DNA of 64,000 bases. Origin: an uncultured Gammaproteobacteria bacterium. Lineage in GTDB: Bacteria; Patescibacteriota; Microgenomatia; Levybacterales; UBA12049. Below, in pieces: positions 18,024-27,619 of the stretch. A program made the translations under genes and the position numbers. The stretch covers positions 16,739 to 80,738 of the forward strand of contig CAZBFH010000001.1 of NCBI GenBank assembly GCA_964491185.1, in the 5' to 3' direction. Below the pieces are notes generated by a model, which was not told where the DNA came from, did not search any database, and saw nothing but the letters and a program-made list of their open reading frames with translations. Each line of letters starts with the position of its first letter. Position 1 is the first letter of the stretch.

Positions 18024-19459
18024 AGGCTTTTTCTTAAATCAAAAATAATATACTGCTGAGTTTCTTCTAAAACAGCATAATTTTTTCTGAAATAATCATC
18101 GTTGGGTTTAGGGTTAGCAATTACTAGATATTGAGCTCCTAAATCTTTTACCATCACGCTTAAATCATTTTGATAACTTGCCCATCCCTTTCTTCTAGTT
18201 TGATATAAAAAGGATGTATCACCTTCGTAATTTGCAATAACTAATGCATCTTTTGGAGTTAGTCTGTCAACTGCATTTCCACCTGCGATTATCGCATCAT
18301 TTATATCATAGTAATCTCTTACGAAAAACCAACTAAACATACAGGAAAAGACAATAATACCAATAAGGATTATTGGCGTAAGATATTTATTTGCTAAGTT
18401 TTTTCCTAAGTTAAGTAAAAAATCCCCGCCCACTCCAGAAAGTAAACAAAGAGTAGGTAGAATCAATATTTGGTAATAATCATGTTGAATATTTCCCCTT
18501 GCTATTACAATTAAGTAAAGAAGTGAGGAGGCTAGAAAAGAATAGAAAAATAGATAACTTGATTTAGTTTTAGCAACTAATCCAAAAACCACTAAAACTA
18601 ATCCCCAGTAACCAAGTATTAGCTTGGCAATTCTTTCTGCAAAAATCCAATTAAAAAAAGCTCCCTTAAAACGCATGCCACCTTTATTAAAAAGCCATTG
18701 CGACATCGGTATTCCTTCAGGAAATTGTGTCATCCACTGCCTCCATCCAAGCATAGGAAGGAGTGATGTTATAGCAAATACCCAAAGATATGGATTAAGA
18801 ATCATTTTTAATCCAAATGAATTGTATGCTAGATAAACCATAGGAAGAGTAAAAAATACTGCAAAGGGTTTTAGCAAAAATGAAATCGCACTAAATAATA
18901 TTGCCAATAAATAATAAGTAAACTTTTTGTGCTTCGATTTTTCCAAAAGCCATAAATCGAAAAAATAAATTCCCGCTAAAATAGCTGCCGCGGTTGATGT
19001 ATCAGGCAAAATTGTTCTCCCATAATAAACACTAAATGGAAGGATTGCAAAAAAAAATGCACCAATTATTCCTGCTCTTTCATTCTGATGTCTTTTGAGT
19101 AATAAAAAAATTAACAATGCGGTAGAGAGAGATGCGAAAATAGTAACTAGTCTTCCCCATTCTTCCAGGGTAAAAACTGGAAATAATCTATATAACCCTC
19201 CCTGAAATAAATTGTAAATTGGAAACTCTACAAAACGATATCCATTTGGATTATTTAACCCTGAAGGAACATTTGATAAATCATGATACTTTGGATGAAG
19301 CAGATCAAATCCATTTTCTACAAAAAGTCTTGAAACGGATGATGTATCAGCTTGACGCCAGCTATGCCAGTCAGCAACTGGACCATTAAATTTATAAAGT
19401 CTTAGAATAAGTCCAAGGAGTAATACACCAATAAGAAGCCCCAAGTGAATTCTTTTCAT
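18020..19459 (-). CDS. GT-C membrane glycosyltransferase (ArnT/PMT_2-like)
   Basis: About 11-12 TMs; LILRLY, DWHSWRQADT, EFPIY, GRTILPD, LLKP, HDYYQ. Confidence 0.82.
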   Translation of the reverse strand: MKRIHLGLLIGVLLLGLILRLYKFNGPVADWHSWRQADTSSVSRLFVENGFDLLHPKYHDLSNVPSGLNNPNGYRFVEFPIYNLFQGGLYRLFPVFTLEEWGRLVTIFASLSTALLIFLLLKRHQNERAGIIGAFFFAILPFSVYYGRTILPDTSTAAAILAGIYFFDLWLLEKSKHKKFTYYLLAILFSAISFLLKPFAVFFTLPMVYLAYNSFGLKMILNPYLWVFAITSLLPMLGWRQWMTQFPEGIPMSQWLFNKGGMRFKGAFFNWIFAERIAKLILGYWGLVLVVFGLVAKTKSSYLFFYSFLASSLLYLIVIARGNIQHDYYQILILPTLCLLSGVGGDFLLNLGKNLANKYLTPIILIGIIVFSCMFSWFFVRDYYDINDAIIAGGNAVDRLTPKDALVIANYEGDTSFLYQTRRKGWASYQNDLSVMVKDLGAQYLVIANPKPNDDYFRKNYAVLEETQQYIIFDLRKSL

Positions 19460-19466
19460 TAAGTTT

Positions 19467-19495
19467 ATTTTAATTTATCCCTAGGGCATTATCAA
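19467..19495 (-). promoter_or_regulatory. Putative internal promoter, leaderless
   Basis: TTGATA-17-TAAAAT, then 7 nt to ATG 19459. Confidence 0.55.
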
Positions 19496-22400
19496 ATCTG
19501 AAGTAGGTTTTATTTTTCGATCAACTTCCTCTACATTTCCCCCATCCGTAAATCTAAATACAGGATGCGCTAACGAAGTGCCTGCTGCTTCAATGGCACT
19601 CTTTTCATCTGAGTGAATAAATATTTTCGCATCGTCATTTTTAAATGCGAACCAAACTGCATCAGGAAGTCCAACTGGAAATACCCATGCCTGACCATCT
19701 TTAGTTGGCACATTTACAAAATGGAACTCTGTGTCCACCTGCGACCAATAACTTGTATAAAGTGACTCCATAGAAATAAAGAATCTCTTTGTTTTATTTC
19801 CTGCCTCATGCCAATTAAAGAAAGTGCTTTGATTTTGAATTAAATGAAAAAGGGCAAATACAATTATTACGACGGTTGAAGCCCCCAATGCAATTTCCCG
19901 TCCGCTGTTAAGCAAATATTGATGTAGCTTTTTGAATAGAATTGTAAAAATAAAGACCAACCCCATTGTTGATAGATAACTGTATCTTGAAGTCATATTT
20001 CCCAGACCTAAAAATGGAAGAAGAGATATTACAAAAAACATAAGACCAAATGCCATGATCTTTTTTTCACTCGCTTCAAATAGCTTTGAAAATACTTTAT
20101 AAGCAAAAAATCCTACTAAAACTACCAAAGGAATAATAATTACAAAAATTATTAAATTTTCTCTGGCAAATATTCTCACAGAATTGTAAAAAGATAATGA
20201 CATTGGGCCTATCAAGCCAAGCGAGAAATATCCAAATATGTTTCCGATTATATTGAAAGGTAAATTAAGCGGATCATAACTATAGTCACCGCTAAACCAA
20301 TGACTCTTCGAAACAACTCTAAGAAGCAAATATCCCGCAACTGGAATAAATATCAGGTAGTTCTCAAATTGCTTTGGCAATGTTTTCAGCGATGCTGTGA
20401 ATCCGCTTTTATAAATCTTGTATGCGATCATTAAGGCTGGCGCTACTACTCCTAATTCATGAAACATTAAGGCAAAACAAACACTTAAAATGGCGCCTAC
20501 TAAATAATATATTTTTCTTTTTTCATCCCAAAAAATAAACAGAAGTAATGCTAGAAGCGAGAATACGCCGTTAAAAAGATGTCCAATTGAAGAAATCCAG
20601 AAAATATTTTCAAGTGGTCCACTTAAAACTAGGAATGTGAATGCAGAAAATGCTGCTAGTTTTATATCTTTGAAAATTTTTCTTGCAATGATAAAGAAAA
20701 GGGCAATAGCAGTAAAGTGAAGCATTAAGGAAGACAAATGATAAACAACCTGATTTAGCCAGAAAATTTGATACATAAAGTAGAAATAAATTTTCATTCC
20801 AGGTCTATAGAAAAAACCATCAGAATTTAGAAAATAATTCGTAAATAAATGCACCTGTGAACAATTCGTGCAATCTGCTGCCCAGCGAAGCCAAGTAAAG
20901 TCATCAGCAACAAAATAGTTATTAAGCATTGGTGAAAATAGAACTACGGATGTTATAAAAAGATAAAGAACAATTGCATAACTACTTCCCAACGCTTTCT
21001 TAACTTCATTACTTAAAGTGAAACTATGAACCTGATAAAGCCTGAGAATTCCGAATACAATACCGACTAAAATCCAAAGTAAAAATGCTATCTTTGAAGC
21101 TTCAAATACGTCTATTAATACAGCATTTAAAGACAGTCCTATAACACCCGCTACAAAACCAAGGACGAAACTCTTCGCGAGAGGTGAGTCAATATCAGGA
21201 TATATTTTTTTAACATAAATTCCTAAAATCAGAAATAGAAGAAAGAATGCTAAGAATCCCAAAATTCCAACCTCTCCAAGAATTCTAAGAAAATTATTGT
21301 CTACTGCCAGACTAACAGAACCATAACCACTTCCTATTAAAAGGTTCTTTTTAAATGCTTCAATTGCCCTCGGCCATTCCCCCTGAAATCTAGTTGTAAA
21401 CGAAAGATCGTAAGCAGAGGCTCTCTTAACAATAAAATTTCCCTTTAATATAAGCGCCTGTCCAGACGAACTTGATTGAAGATTCTGAGGAATTTCTATA
21501 AAAAAACTATCTGCTCTTTTAATGACTGGGGAAAGATATAAGTTCGTATATCCAGTTCCCTGCGGCAAATTCTCACCTGTTGAAATATTTACAGCTGTAA
21601 GAATTGGCACTTCTCCGGGTATAAGTCTATAGGGGAGTATTATTGCGTCATCAGGGTCAATAGATTCTTTTTGACTCTCCTTAATGGCATTTGCTAGCTC
21701 TTCTTGATCCCTGACTGTTCTTTGAAGAACTATCTTATCTTTAAAGTACTCCTTAGGGACGAATCTTACATGCCCAACTGATTCACCTGTTGCTGCGTCA
21801 ACCAAAACATCAGCTTCCGAAACGGTACTCTTAAATCTATCAAAAAGCGAAGATTGAAAAGTGACGAAGAAAGTTCCTCCAATTAAAATAACCGGGATTA
21901 GTGCAATAACAAGCTTTCTTTTTTGGAAAAAAAGCAAAAATCCAAGTGAAACAAATAGTACAAAAAAAGAAACACGAGAAACTGTCATTAAAAGAAGCAT
22001 CACTCCCGCAAATGAAATACATGCCAAAATTATTCTGATAATCAAATTTTTCAAACCTAGCGAAAGACTTACCAGGATAGGAATTATTAAAACTAAATAG
22101 GCCGCTAAGTCATAATGACCTGCAAATGTTGAAGGCACACGCGACAATGCTGAAAGAGTAATTGGAGTACCCTTCGCAAACTCTTCATTCATTGTAAGAA
22201 ACGCTGGGAATCCGAGATATTTCTGACCAAAACCATATGCTATTACGCCTATTAATGTAATAACAACCACAGAAACTATAACTGGCATGTGCTTTTTATT
22301 CTTCATGCCTTGATAACCAATGAAAAACAAACTTAGGTACTCTATGTGACGAATTAAACTAAGGAAAGCAACATTTGGATATGCATTTGAAATAGTTGGA

Positions 22401-22714
22401 AAAATAAGAAGAATACCATGAATCGTAGCTACCCCTCCAATTATCCAGAAAGCTAAAATTGGTAAAGTAAGAGGAGTTTTAAGTGTAATTTTCTTTCTGA
22501 CAAGTAACGTTAGCCAAGAAAGAATAACAAATAAAATAACGAAATCCTCGACTCTTATATAAACCCACGTATTCTGTATATCAAGAAGTGGAAGCTTAGG
22601 ATAGAGAGGAATAAATAAAAGCAGGAAAAGACTTTCAAGAAACAAAATGTTTTCCCAAATCCAAGTTAAAGCTTTTCCTGGTTTAGTTTTTAAGAAGCTT
22701 GAGAGCTTGACCAT
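19481..22714 (-). CDS. Fusion: O-antigen ligase/Wzy_C-like domain plus GT-C membrane glycosyltransferase
   Basis: N-half: RVPSTFAGHYDLAAYL, TVSRVSF, GSGYGS, DNNFLRILGEVGILG. C-half: YFVADDF, FYRP, FHELG, SRYSY. Start moved to ATG 22714 to reduce overlap with the upstream gene. Confidence 0.8.
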   Translation of the reverse strand: MVKLSSFLKTKPGKALTWIWENILFLESLFLLLFIPLYPKLPLLDIQNTWVYIRVEDFVILFVILSWLTLLVRKKITLKTPLTLPILAFWIIGGVATIHGILLIFPTISNAYPNVAFLSLIRHIEYLSLFFIGYQGMKNKKHMPVIVSVVVITLIGVIAYGFGQKYLGFPAFLTMNEEFAKGTPITLSALSRVPSTFAGHYDLAAYLVLIIPILVSLSLGLKNLIIRIILACISFAGVMLLLMTVSRVSFFVLFVSLGFLLFFQKRKLVIALIPVILIGGTFFVTFQSSLFDRFKSTVSEADVLVDAATGESVGHVRFVPKEYFKDKIVLQRTVRDQEELANAIKESQKESIDPDDAIILPYRLIPGEVPILTAVNISTGENLPQGTGYTNLYLSPVIKRADSFFIEIPQNLQSSSSGQALILKGNFIVKRASAYDLSFTTRFQGEWPRAIEAFKKNLLIGSGYGSVSLAVDNNFLRILGEVGILGFLAFFLLFLILGIYVKKIYPDIDSPLAKSFVLGFVAGVIGLSLNAVLIDVFEASKIAFLLWILVGIVFGILRLYQVHSFTLSNEVKKALGSSYAIVLYLFITSVVLFSPMLNNYFVADDFTWLRWAADCTNCSQVHLFTNYFLNSDGFFYRPGMKIYFYFMYQIFWLNQVVYHLSSLMLHFTAIALFFIIARKIFKDIKLAAFSAFTFLVLSGPLENIFWISSIGHLFNGVFSLLALLLFIFWDEKRKIYYLVGAILSVCFALMFHELGVVAPALMIAYKIYKSGFTASLKTLPKQFENYLIFIPVAGYLLLRVVSKSHWFSGDYSYDPLNLPFNIIGNIFGYFSLGLIGPMSLSFYNSVRIFARENLIIFVIIIPLVVLVGFFAYKVFSKLFEASEKKIMAFGLMFFVISLLPFLGLGNMTSRYSYLSTMGLVFIFTILFKKLHQYLLNSGREIALGASTVVIIVFALFHLIQNQSTFFNWHEAGNKTKRFFISMESLYTSYWSQVDTEFHFVNVPTKDGQAWVFPVGLPDAVWFAFKNDDAKIFIHSDEKSAIEAAGTSLAHPVFRFTDGGNVEEVDRKIKPTSDLIMP

Positions 22715-23564
22715 AAGTATTTGTATAATAACTATTATTAGATATCTTACCAAATAAGTAAACCATCCCAGCTTTTATAAAAAGAGTAAGTCTCACAATC
22801 TGATAACTTAAACCACCTTGGTGTTTTTTATAAAAATATAAAACTCCTTTATAGATATTTATGATTGCAAAACCTTTATTACTACTACCCTGCTCTAGGT
22901 GAATAGTAGAAACATCTGGGAAAAAATACGTTTTATATCCTTTTTTCTTTGCTCTAAAAGAGAGCTCCATATCCTCAACATACATAAAAATATTCCTATC
23001 AAATCCTTCAATTTCGTTAAATAATTTTTTATTAACCATTAGACTTGCTCCAGCCACCCAGTCAACTTTACAAATTTTATCCGGACTAGATTTTAACAGA
23101 CCAAACCTTTCTCCACCAAAAATCATAATGAAAAAATTTAAAAGTGTATAGAATTTTCCTACAGAAACCTGAGGCGACCCGTCAGAATTAGTAAGCTTTC
23201 CCCCTAGAATCACCACATCATTATGTTCTTTAAGAAAATCTGCCATTTTAAGATAACCCTTATCCTTGGTCTCTGTATCAGAATTTAAGAATAAAACATA
23301 ATCGCCTTTTGAGCTTTCAGCTCCAAGATTACATCCTTTTCCAAAGCCTAAATTTTCCAAACTTTTTATTAGTTTTATTTTTTTATGAGAATTAGTAAAA
23401 TTCTCAACTTCTTTAAGATTTTTTTCACTTGATGCATTATCGACAATAATTATTTCAATTTTTTCGTTTTTTATTTCTTGATCAAATTGAAGAATCAATG
23501 AATCTATGCATTTCTTGATTAACTGAGGCGTGTTATAGCTTAAAATTACAATTGATAACGTCAT
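22683..23564 (-). CDS. GT2 glycosyltransferase (WbbL-like)
   Basis: ILSYN, VDNAS, NLGFGKGCN, FLNSD, GFDRNIFMYVEDME. Confidence 0.9.
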   Translation of the reverse strand: MTLSIVILSYNTPQLIKKCIDSLILQFDQEIKNEKIEIIIVDNASSEKNLKEVENFTNSHKKIKLIKSLENLGFGKGCNLGAESSKGDYVLFLNSDTETKDKGYLKMADFLKEHNDVVILGGKLTNSDGSPQVSVGKFYTLLNFFIMIFGGERFGLLKSSPDKICKVDWVAGASLMVNKKLFNEIEGFDRNIFMYVEDMELSFRAKKKGYKTYFFPDVSTIHLEQGSSNKGFAIINIYKGVLYFYKKHQGGLSYQIVRLTLFIKAGMVYLFGKISNNSYYTNTYGQALKLLKN

Positions 23565-24118
23565 TATCTAAACCAAGCAGCTCTACCTAATTTATATTGG
23601 AGGTCTTTATTGGATCTTTCTCCTATTTCTTTTGCTGGAACTCCACCTACGATTTTGAATTCAGAAACATTTTTGGTGACTACTGCTCCTGCTGCTACCA
23701 CGGCACCTTTACCTATGCTTACACCTGGTAAAATTATTGCTCGAGGGCCTATGAACACATAATCCTCGATTTCAACAGGCGCAGTAACAGCTTTGAAATT
23801 TTCATCTTTTATATCGTGTTCTGAGTTATAAATCATTACCCCCGTTGCGATATCTACGTGGTTACCAATCCGGAGCTTGTCTCTTCCATCTAAAACTGCC
23901 CATTCGCCGACTATAGTATCATTCCCAATCTCAATTCCACCTGGCTTATAGGTGGAAAGAGCCATGTGAATAGTGGAGCCTCTCCCAATCTTCATTCCAA
24001 AAACTCTATAGGAAAAGCGCCTTAAATGATGACTCGGAACAAACCCAATTATCCAAATGAGAAATCCATTTATGAATTCTAAAATTATTGCATTCATTCT
24101 TCTGTTTATCTTACCCAC
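23564..24118 (-). CDS. Hexapeptide-repeat (LbH) sugar O-acetyltransferase
   Basis: IGNDTIVG, IEDYVFIG, ILPGVSIGKGAVVAAGAVVTKNV, GGVPAK. Confidence 0.9.
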   Translation of the reverse strand: MGKINRRMNAIILEFINGFLIWIIGFVPSHHLRRFSYRVFGMKIGRGSTIHMALSTYKPGGIEIGNDTIVGEWAVLDGRDKLRIGNHVDIATGVMIYNSEHDIKDENFKAVTAPVEIEDYVFIGPRAIILPGVSIGKGAVVAAGAVVTKNVSEFKIVGGVPAKEIGERSNKDLQYKLGRAAWFR

Positions 24119-25244
24119 GACCTACCCCCTCTAGTACTTCTAAAGTCTGTCTTGCTGATTTTTCCCAGGAGAATTTTTCTACTTGTTTTTTACCCTTTTC
24201 GATCAGCTGCTTCTTAAGATTATTATCTCCTAATAATTTTTTCATTTTATTAGCTATGTCATCTGCGTCATTTGGATCCACATAAAGAGCAGCGTCTCCT
24301 CCTACCTCAGGTAGACTTGATACGTTACTCGTTATGACAGGTGTTTCATAACTCATAGCTTCAAGAACCGGAATACCAAAACCTTCATAAAGACTTGGAA
24401 GAATAAAAAATTCCGCATTCCTGTAAATTGCTGGCAAATCCTCATCTGAAACATTTTCTAAAAACAAAACTTTGTCTTTTACGTTATATTTTTCAGGAGC
24501 ATTTAATATCTCTTCAAATTGCCAGCCGCGTCTTCCGACGATCACCAAACTAACATCAGTCTCAATCTTAGAATATGCTTCGATAAGACGCTCTATATTT
24601 TTTCTTGGCTGAAGAGTACCTACAAAAAGAATATATTTATTTTTTATTCCAAATTTTTTTTCTAAATCTTCCATTTTCAGCTTATTGTTAACAGGCAAAC
24701 TAGTATTGATTCCTGGGTAAATTACCTCTATTTTATTACCTGAAACACCGTATTCTTTGATTATATCACTCTTACTCGACTCACTAATTGTCAGAATCTT
24801 CTCGGATTTTCTAGCTGAATATTTCGTCCATTTTTTAAGCTGAATTAAATCTTTTTTCTTAAAAAGCTGTGGAAAATAAATATATGAAACGTCTAGGATG
24901 GAGACTACAGATTTTTTAGGTGAGAATATTGGTAAATAGTGAGTTGGGGTGAAAAAAACATCAAGCGATCTATTTTTCAATAAATTTAATGATAAAGATG
25001 TAATAGTCCACATTTTTCTAGAGGGTAACACGGTATACCTCCATTTATCAGTTGCTTTGGGAAGATCATTTGTCGGACTTTGGGGCATATAGATTTCGTA
25101 GTTATTTTCTTTATCAAGTTTTGCAAGATTTGTTAAAAGCTCAAAGCAATAAACACTACTTCCTACTCTATTTGGTAGACCAGTGTCTTTGTTATAACCA
25201 AACCTTGGAACCACTGCTTCGTAACCATTAATACCTATTTTCAT
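24111..25244 (-). CDS. GT4 glycosyltransferase (MtfB-like)
   Basis: VGTLQPRKNIERL, PSLYEGFGIPVLEAM, SSLPEVGG, FSWEKSA. Confidence 0.92.
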   Translation of the reverse strand: MKIGINGYEAVVPRFGYNKDTGLPNRVGSSVYCFELLTNLAKLDKENNYEIYMPQSPTNDLPKATDKWRYTVLPSRKMWTITSLSLNLLKNRSLDVFFTPTHYLPIFSPKKSVVSILDVSYIYFPQLFKKKDLIQLKKWTKYSARKSEKILTISESSKSDIIKEYGVSGNKIEVIYPGINTSLPVNNKLKMEDLEKKFGIKNKYILFVGTLQPRKNIERLIEAYSKIETDVSLVIVGRRGWQFEEILNAPEKYNVKDKVLFLENVSDEDLPAIYRNAEFFILPSLYEGFGIPVLEAMSYETPVITSNVSSLPEVGGDAALYVDPNDADDIANKMKKLLGDNNLKKQLIEKGKKQVEKFSWEKSARQTLEVLEGVGRG

Positions 25245-25245
25245 A

Positions 25246-25818
25246 TTAGATCGAGGGATAAATTACTTTTATTTTTTCTTTATCAATTTTTAGAATTTCC
25301 TCTATGTCTTTCTTGCTCGATTCTGAAATCGTAAAAACAATACTAGATTCTTTTTTAAGCCACTTAAGTTTTCTTTTTTGAGATGCAACAATATTTGGAG
25401 AGATCAATAGCCTCAAAGGACTAAATTCTGTTTTACTGTGTGTTTCTTCTGGGTATTTGTAAACAATTAAATCATATATAACTGTCGCTTTTTTTGCGCT
25501 TCTTGTAGGCGGTTCTGTCCAGTCAGATGTAATAAATATATCTACATCTCCAATCAACCACTCAATTGGAAGAATATGTAGCCTATTCCAAATAAAATCT
25601 AAAGCAAGAGGTGGAAACTTAAAAGTTTTTATAGTAACCCTTGGACTTTCCTGAACATTAAATAAAGAAAGATCTAAATCTCGTCTTAAAGATGAGAAAA
25701 ATAAAACATATTCATTTTTCGTATCCAGTTTTAGTAGATTCTCAACAAGATTAGCGAGATAATTCGCTACTCCAGTTTTTGAATACACAACTTGGCTAAC
25801 ATCAATTCCTATTTTCAT
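25246..25818 (-). CDS. GT4 N-terminal domain only (truncated or stand-alone half GT-B)
   Basis: MKIGIDVS, TGVANY, TVIYDL, SESSKKDI; ends at KIKVIYPSI, the interdomain linker, with no C-terminal domain. Confidence 0.78.
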   Translation of the reverse strand: MKIGIDVSQVVYSKTGVANYLANLVENLLKLDTKNEYVLFFSSLRRDLDLSLFNVQESPRVTIKTFKFPPLALDFIWNRLHILPIEWLIGDVDIFITSDWTEPPTRSAKKATVIYDLIVYKYPEETHSKTEFSPLRLLISPNIVASQKRKLKWLKKESSIVFTISESSKKDIEEILKIDKEKIKVIYPSI

Positions 25819-26046
25819 CTAATTATTATGACGAAGTTTAGCTAAATTTAAAATGACCGCAAATGAAAACAGCAAGAAAGAGAACCAAACTAATTTTTGT
25901 GCTGTAAAAAATACCCATTGGCTAAAAAGAGGAATTGAAACGATCAAGCAAGAGAGTCCCACGATAGCAAACATTTTTGGATCTCTTTTTATAAAGAGCA
26001 ACAGAAAGACTGCTATAAATAGTGTGTCCTGTGGTTTAAGATCCAT
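25819..26046 (-). CDS. Small integral membrane protein (75 aa)
   Basis: 2-3 hydrophobic segments; fits exactly between neighbouring genes. Confidence 0.7.
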   Translation of the reverse strand: MDLKPQDTLFIAVFLLLFIKRDPKMFAIVGLSCLIVSIPLFSQWVFFTAQKLVWFSFLLFSFAVILNLAKLRHNN

Positions 26047-26051
26047 TTGAA

Positions 26052-26978
26052 TTAACTGGAATATTTTAAGAGAACCTTTGATTCGCTTTCGTTCTTACTG
26101 TTTATATTTAAAACCAAGTCAGCAATGAGCCCTGTAAATCCAGCCTGAAGACCAGAAATAATTAAAAGCATACCTAAAAATAAAAGCGGTCTTCTTCCTA
26201 TGGATTCTCCCTGAAAATGAATAAAAGAAAGATAAAGAAGGATTACGAGACCTAGAAAAACTAACAACCCACCAAAAAATCCAAAAAAATGAAGCGGACG
26301 CTTACTATATTTACTTAAAAATACCATTGTCATCATGTCAGGCATTTGAGTAAGAACTTTTATAGCTCCGTATTTAGATTTTCCCCAGCGTCTTTCATCA
26401 TGAACCACTGGAACCTCAGTTACCCTAAATCCTTCTTGTGCAACCAGAAGCGGGATAAATCTATGCATTCCTCCATATAGATTTACTGACTTTGCAGCTT
26501 CACTTATGTATAGTTTCAATCCACAATTATAATCATGAAGTTTTACTCCCCAGAATGTGGACGCCACCAGATTAAAGACCTTTGAAAAAATAATTTTAGT
26601 AATTGAATCTTTTCTCTCTTTTCTCCAGCCAGAAACCATATCATAACCCTCTTTATGCTTTTCTATTAGCTTGTGGACCTCTGATGGCTTATCTTGAAGA
26701 TCTGCATCCATCGTGACTATCAAATCCCCTTTTGCTTTTTGAAAACCAAATGTCAAAGCTTCTGCTTTTCCATGATTTCGTCTAAATGAATAAATACTAA
26801 TATTTGAATCTTTCTTCTCAAGGTCTTTAATCAAACTCAATGTCGTGTCATTTGAACCATCATCTATAAAAACAATTTCGTATTCTTTAGACAGAATCTT
26901 TGCGTGTTTTGTGAGCTCTTCGTAGAAATGAAGAATACTTTCCTCTTCGTTAAAAACTGGAATAACGTAACTAATCAT
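26052..26978 (-). CDS. GT2 polyprenyl-phosphate sugar synthase (ArnC/GtrB-like)
   Basis: IPVFNEE, IDDGSND, TMDADLQD, VSGWR, DYNCGLK, GGMHRFIP, SKY; two C-terminal TMs. Start set at ATG 26978. Confidence 0.88.
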   Translation of the reverse strand: MISYVIPVFNEEESILHFYEELTKHAKILSKEYEIVFIDDGSNDTTLSLIKDLEKKDSNISIYSFRRNHGKAEALTFGFQKAKGDLIVTMDADLQDKPSEVHKLIEKHKEGYDMVSGWRKERKDSITKIIFSKVFNLVASTFWGVKLHDYNCGLKLYISEAAKSVNLYGGMHRFIPLLVAQEGFRVTEVPVVHDERRWGKSKYGAIKVLTQMPDMMTMVFLSKYSKRPLHFFGFFGGLLVFLGLVILLYLSFIHFQGESIGRRPLLFLGMLLIISGLQAGFTGLIADLVLNINSKNESESKVLLKYSS

Positions 26979-26997
26979 AATTGCGGATCTAAACCTA

Positions 26998-27025
26998 ATT
27001 TTATCATTTCTGAAGCTTTTATCAA
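26998..27025 (-). promoter_or_regulatory. Putative promoter for the ArnC-like block
   Basis: TTGATA-16-TAAAAT with TGn extension. Confidence 0.5.
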
Positions 27026-27043
27026 AATGCACTAGTTATTTTA

Positions 27044-27071
27044 TTGACAATCTAATAAAAGTATATATAAT
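27044..27071 (+). promoter_or_regulatory. Consensus sigma70 promoter
   Basis: TTGACA-16-TATAAT, 11 nt before ATG 27083. Confidence 0.7.
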
Positions 27072-27082
27072 ACTGCTCGAGT

Positions 27083-27619
27083 ATGATAACAGAAGCTGTT
27101 CCGGGCTTAAGACCCTTACACGAAACGCCAATACCAGAAAGAGATAGAATTGAACCTTTACTCCTGGCACTAGGAGTTACAAATGTTATACTTGACTATC
27201 CTTTTCCAAAATCTCCTACAGGAGTGAGCTGGGCATCACCAGGTCATTTAGACGAAAGGGTAAGAACAGCGGGCACTGATGGAATTGAACTAAGAAGATC
27301 TACCAAAAGGATGGGACCCACTCTTAAATACGCCACATACCCAGGCGTCTTTACATCAGCTACGCCTCACTGGGTCGAGCAGGAATTTGGAGAAATTGAA
27401 CATCCATCATATCAAGGAGACGATGCTACTTATACTTTTACAAGAGCAACATTTTCTGAAGGACAATATAGGATCCATACTCTTGTTGAAAGAACAGAAG
27501 GAGACGGCGTAGAAGCAGATTTTTCCGTTAAAGACTTGAGATATTTACTCCGTCCCCCAATAGAAACTGCAAAACAAACGCCTGCATCAAGACTTTCTTG
27601 GGCTGTAAGACAAAGCTAA
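27083..27619 (+). CDS. Hypothetical orphan protein (178 aa); only credible plus-strand gene
   Basis: Fills a gap with no minus-strand gene, has its own consensus promoter and is visibly more GC-rich than its flanks. Confidence 0.72.
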   Translation: MITEAVPGLRPLHETPIPERDRIEPLLLALGVTNVILDYPFPKSPTGVSWASPGHLDERVRTAGTDGIELRRSTKRMGPTLKYATYPGVFTSATPHWVEQEFGEIEHPSYQGDDATYTFTRATFSEGQYRIHTLVERTEGDGVEADFSVKDLRYLLRPPIETAKQTPASRLSWAVRQS

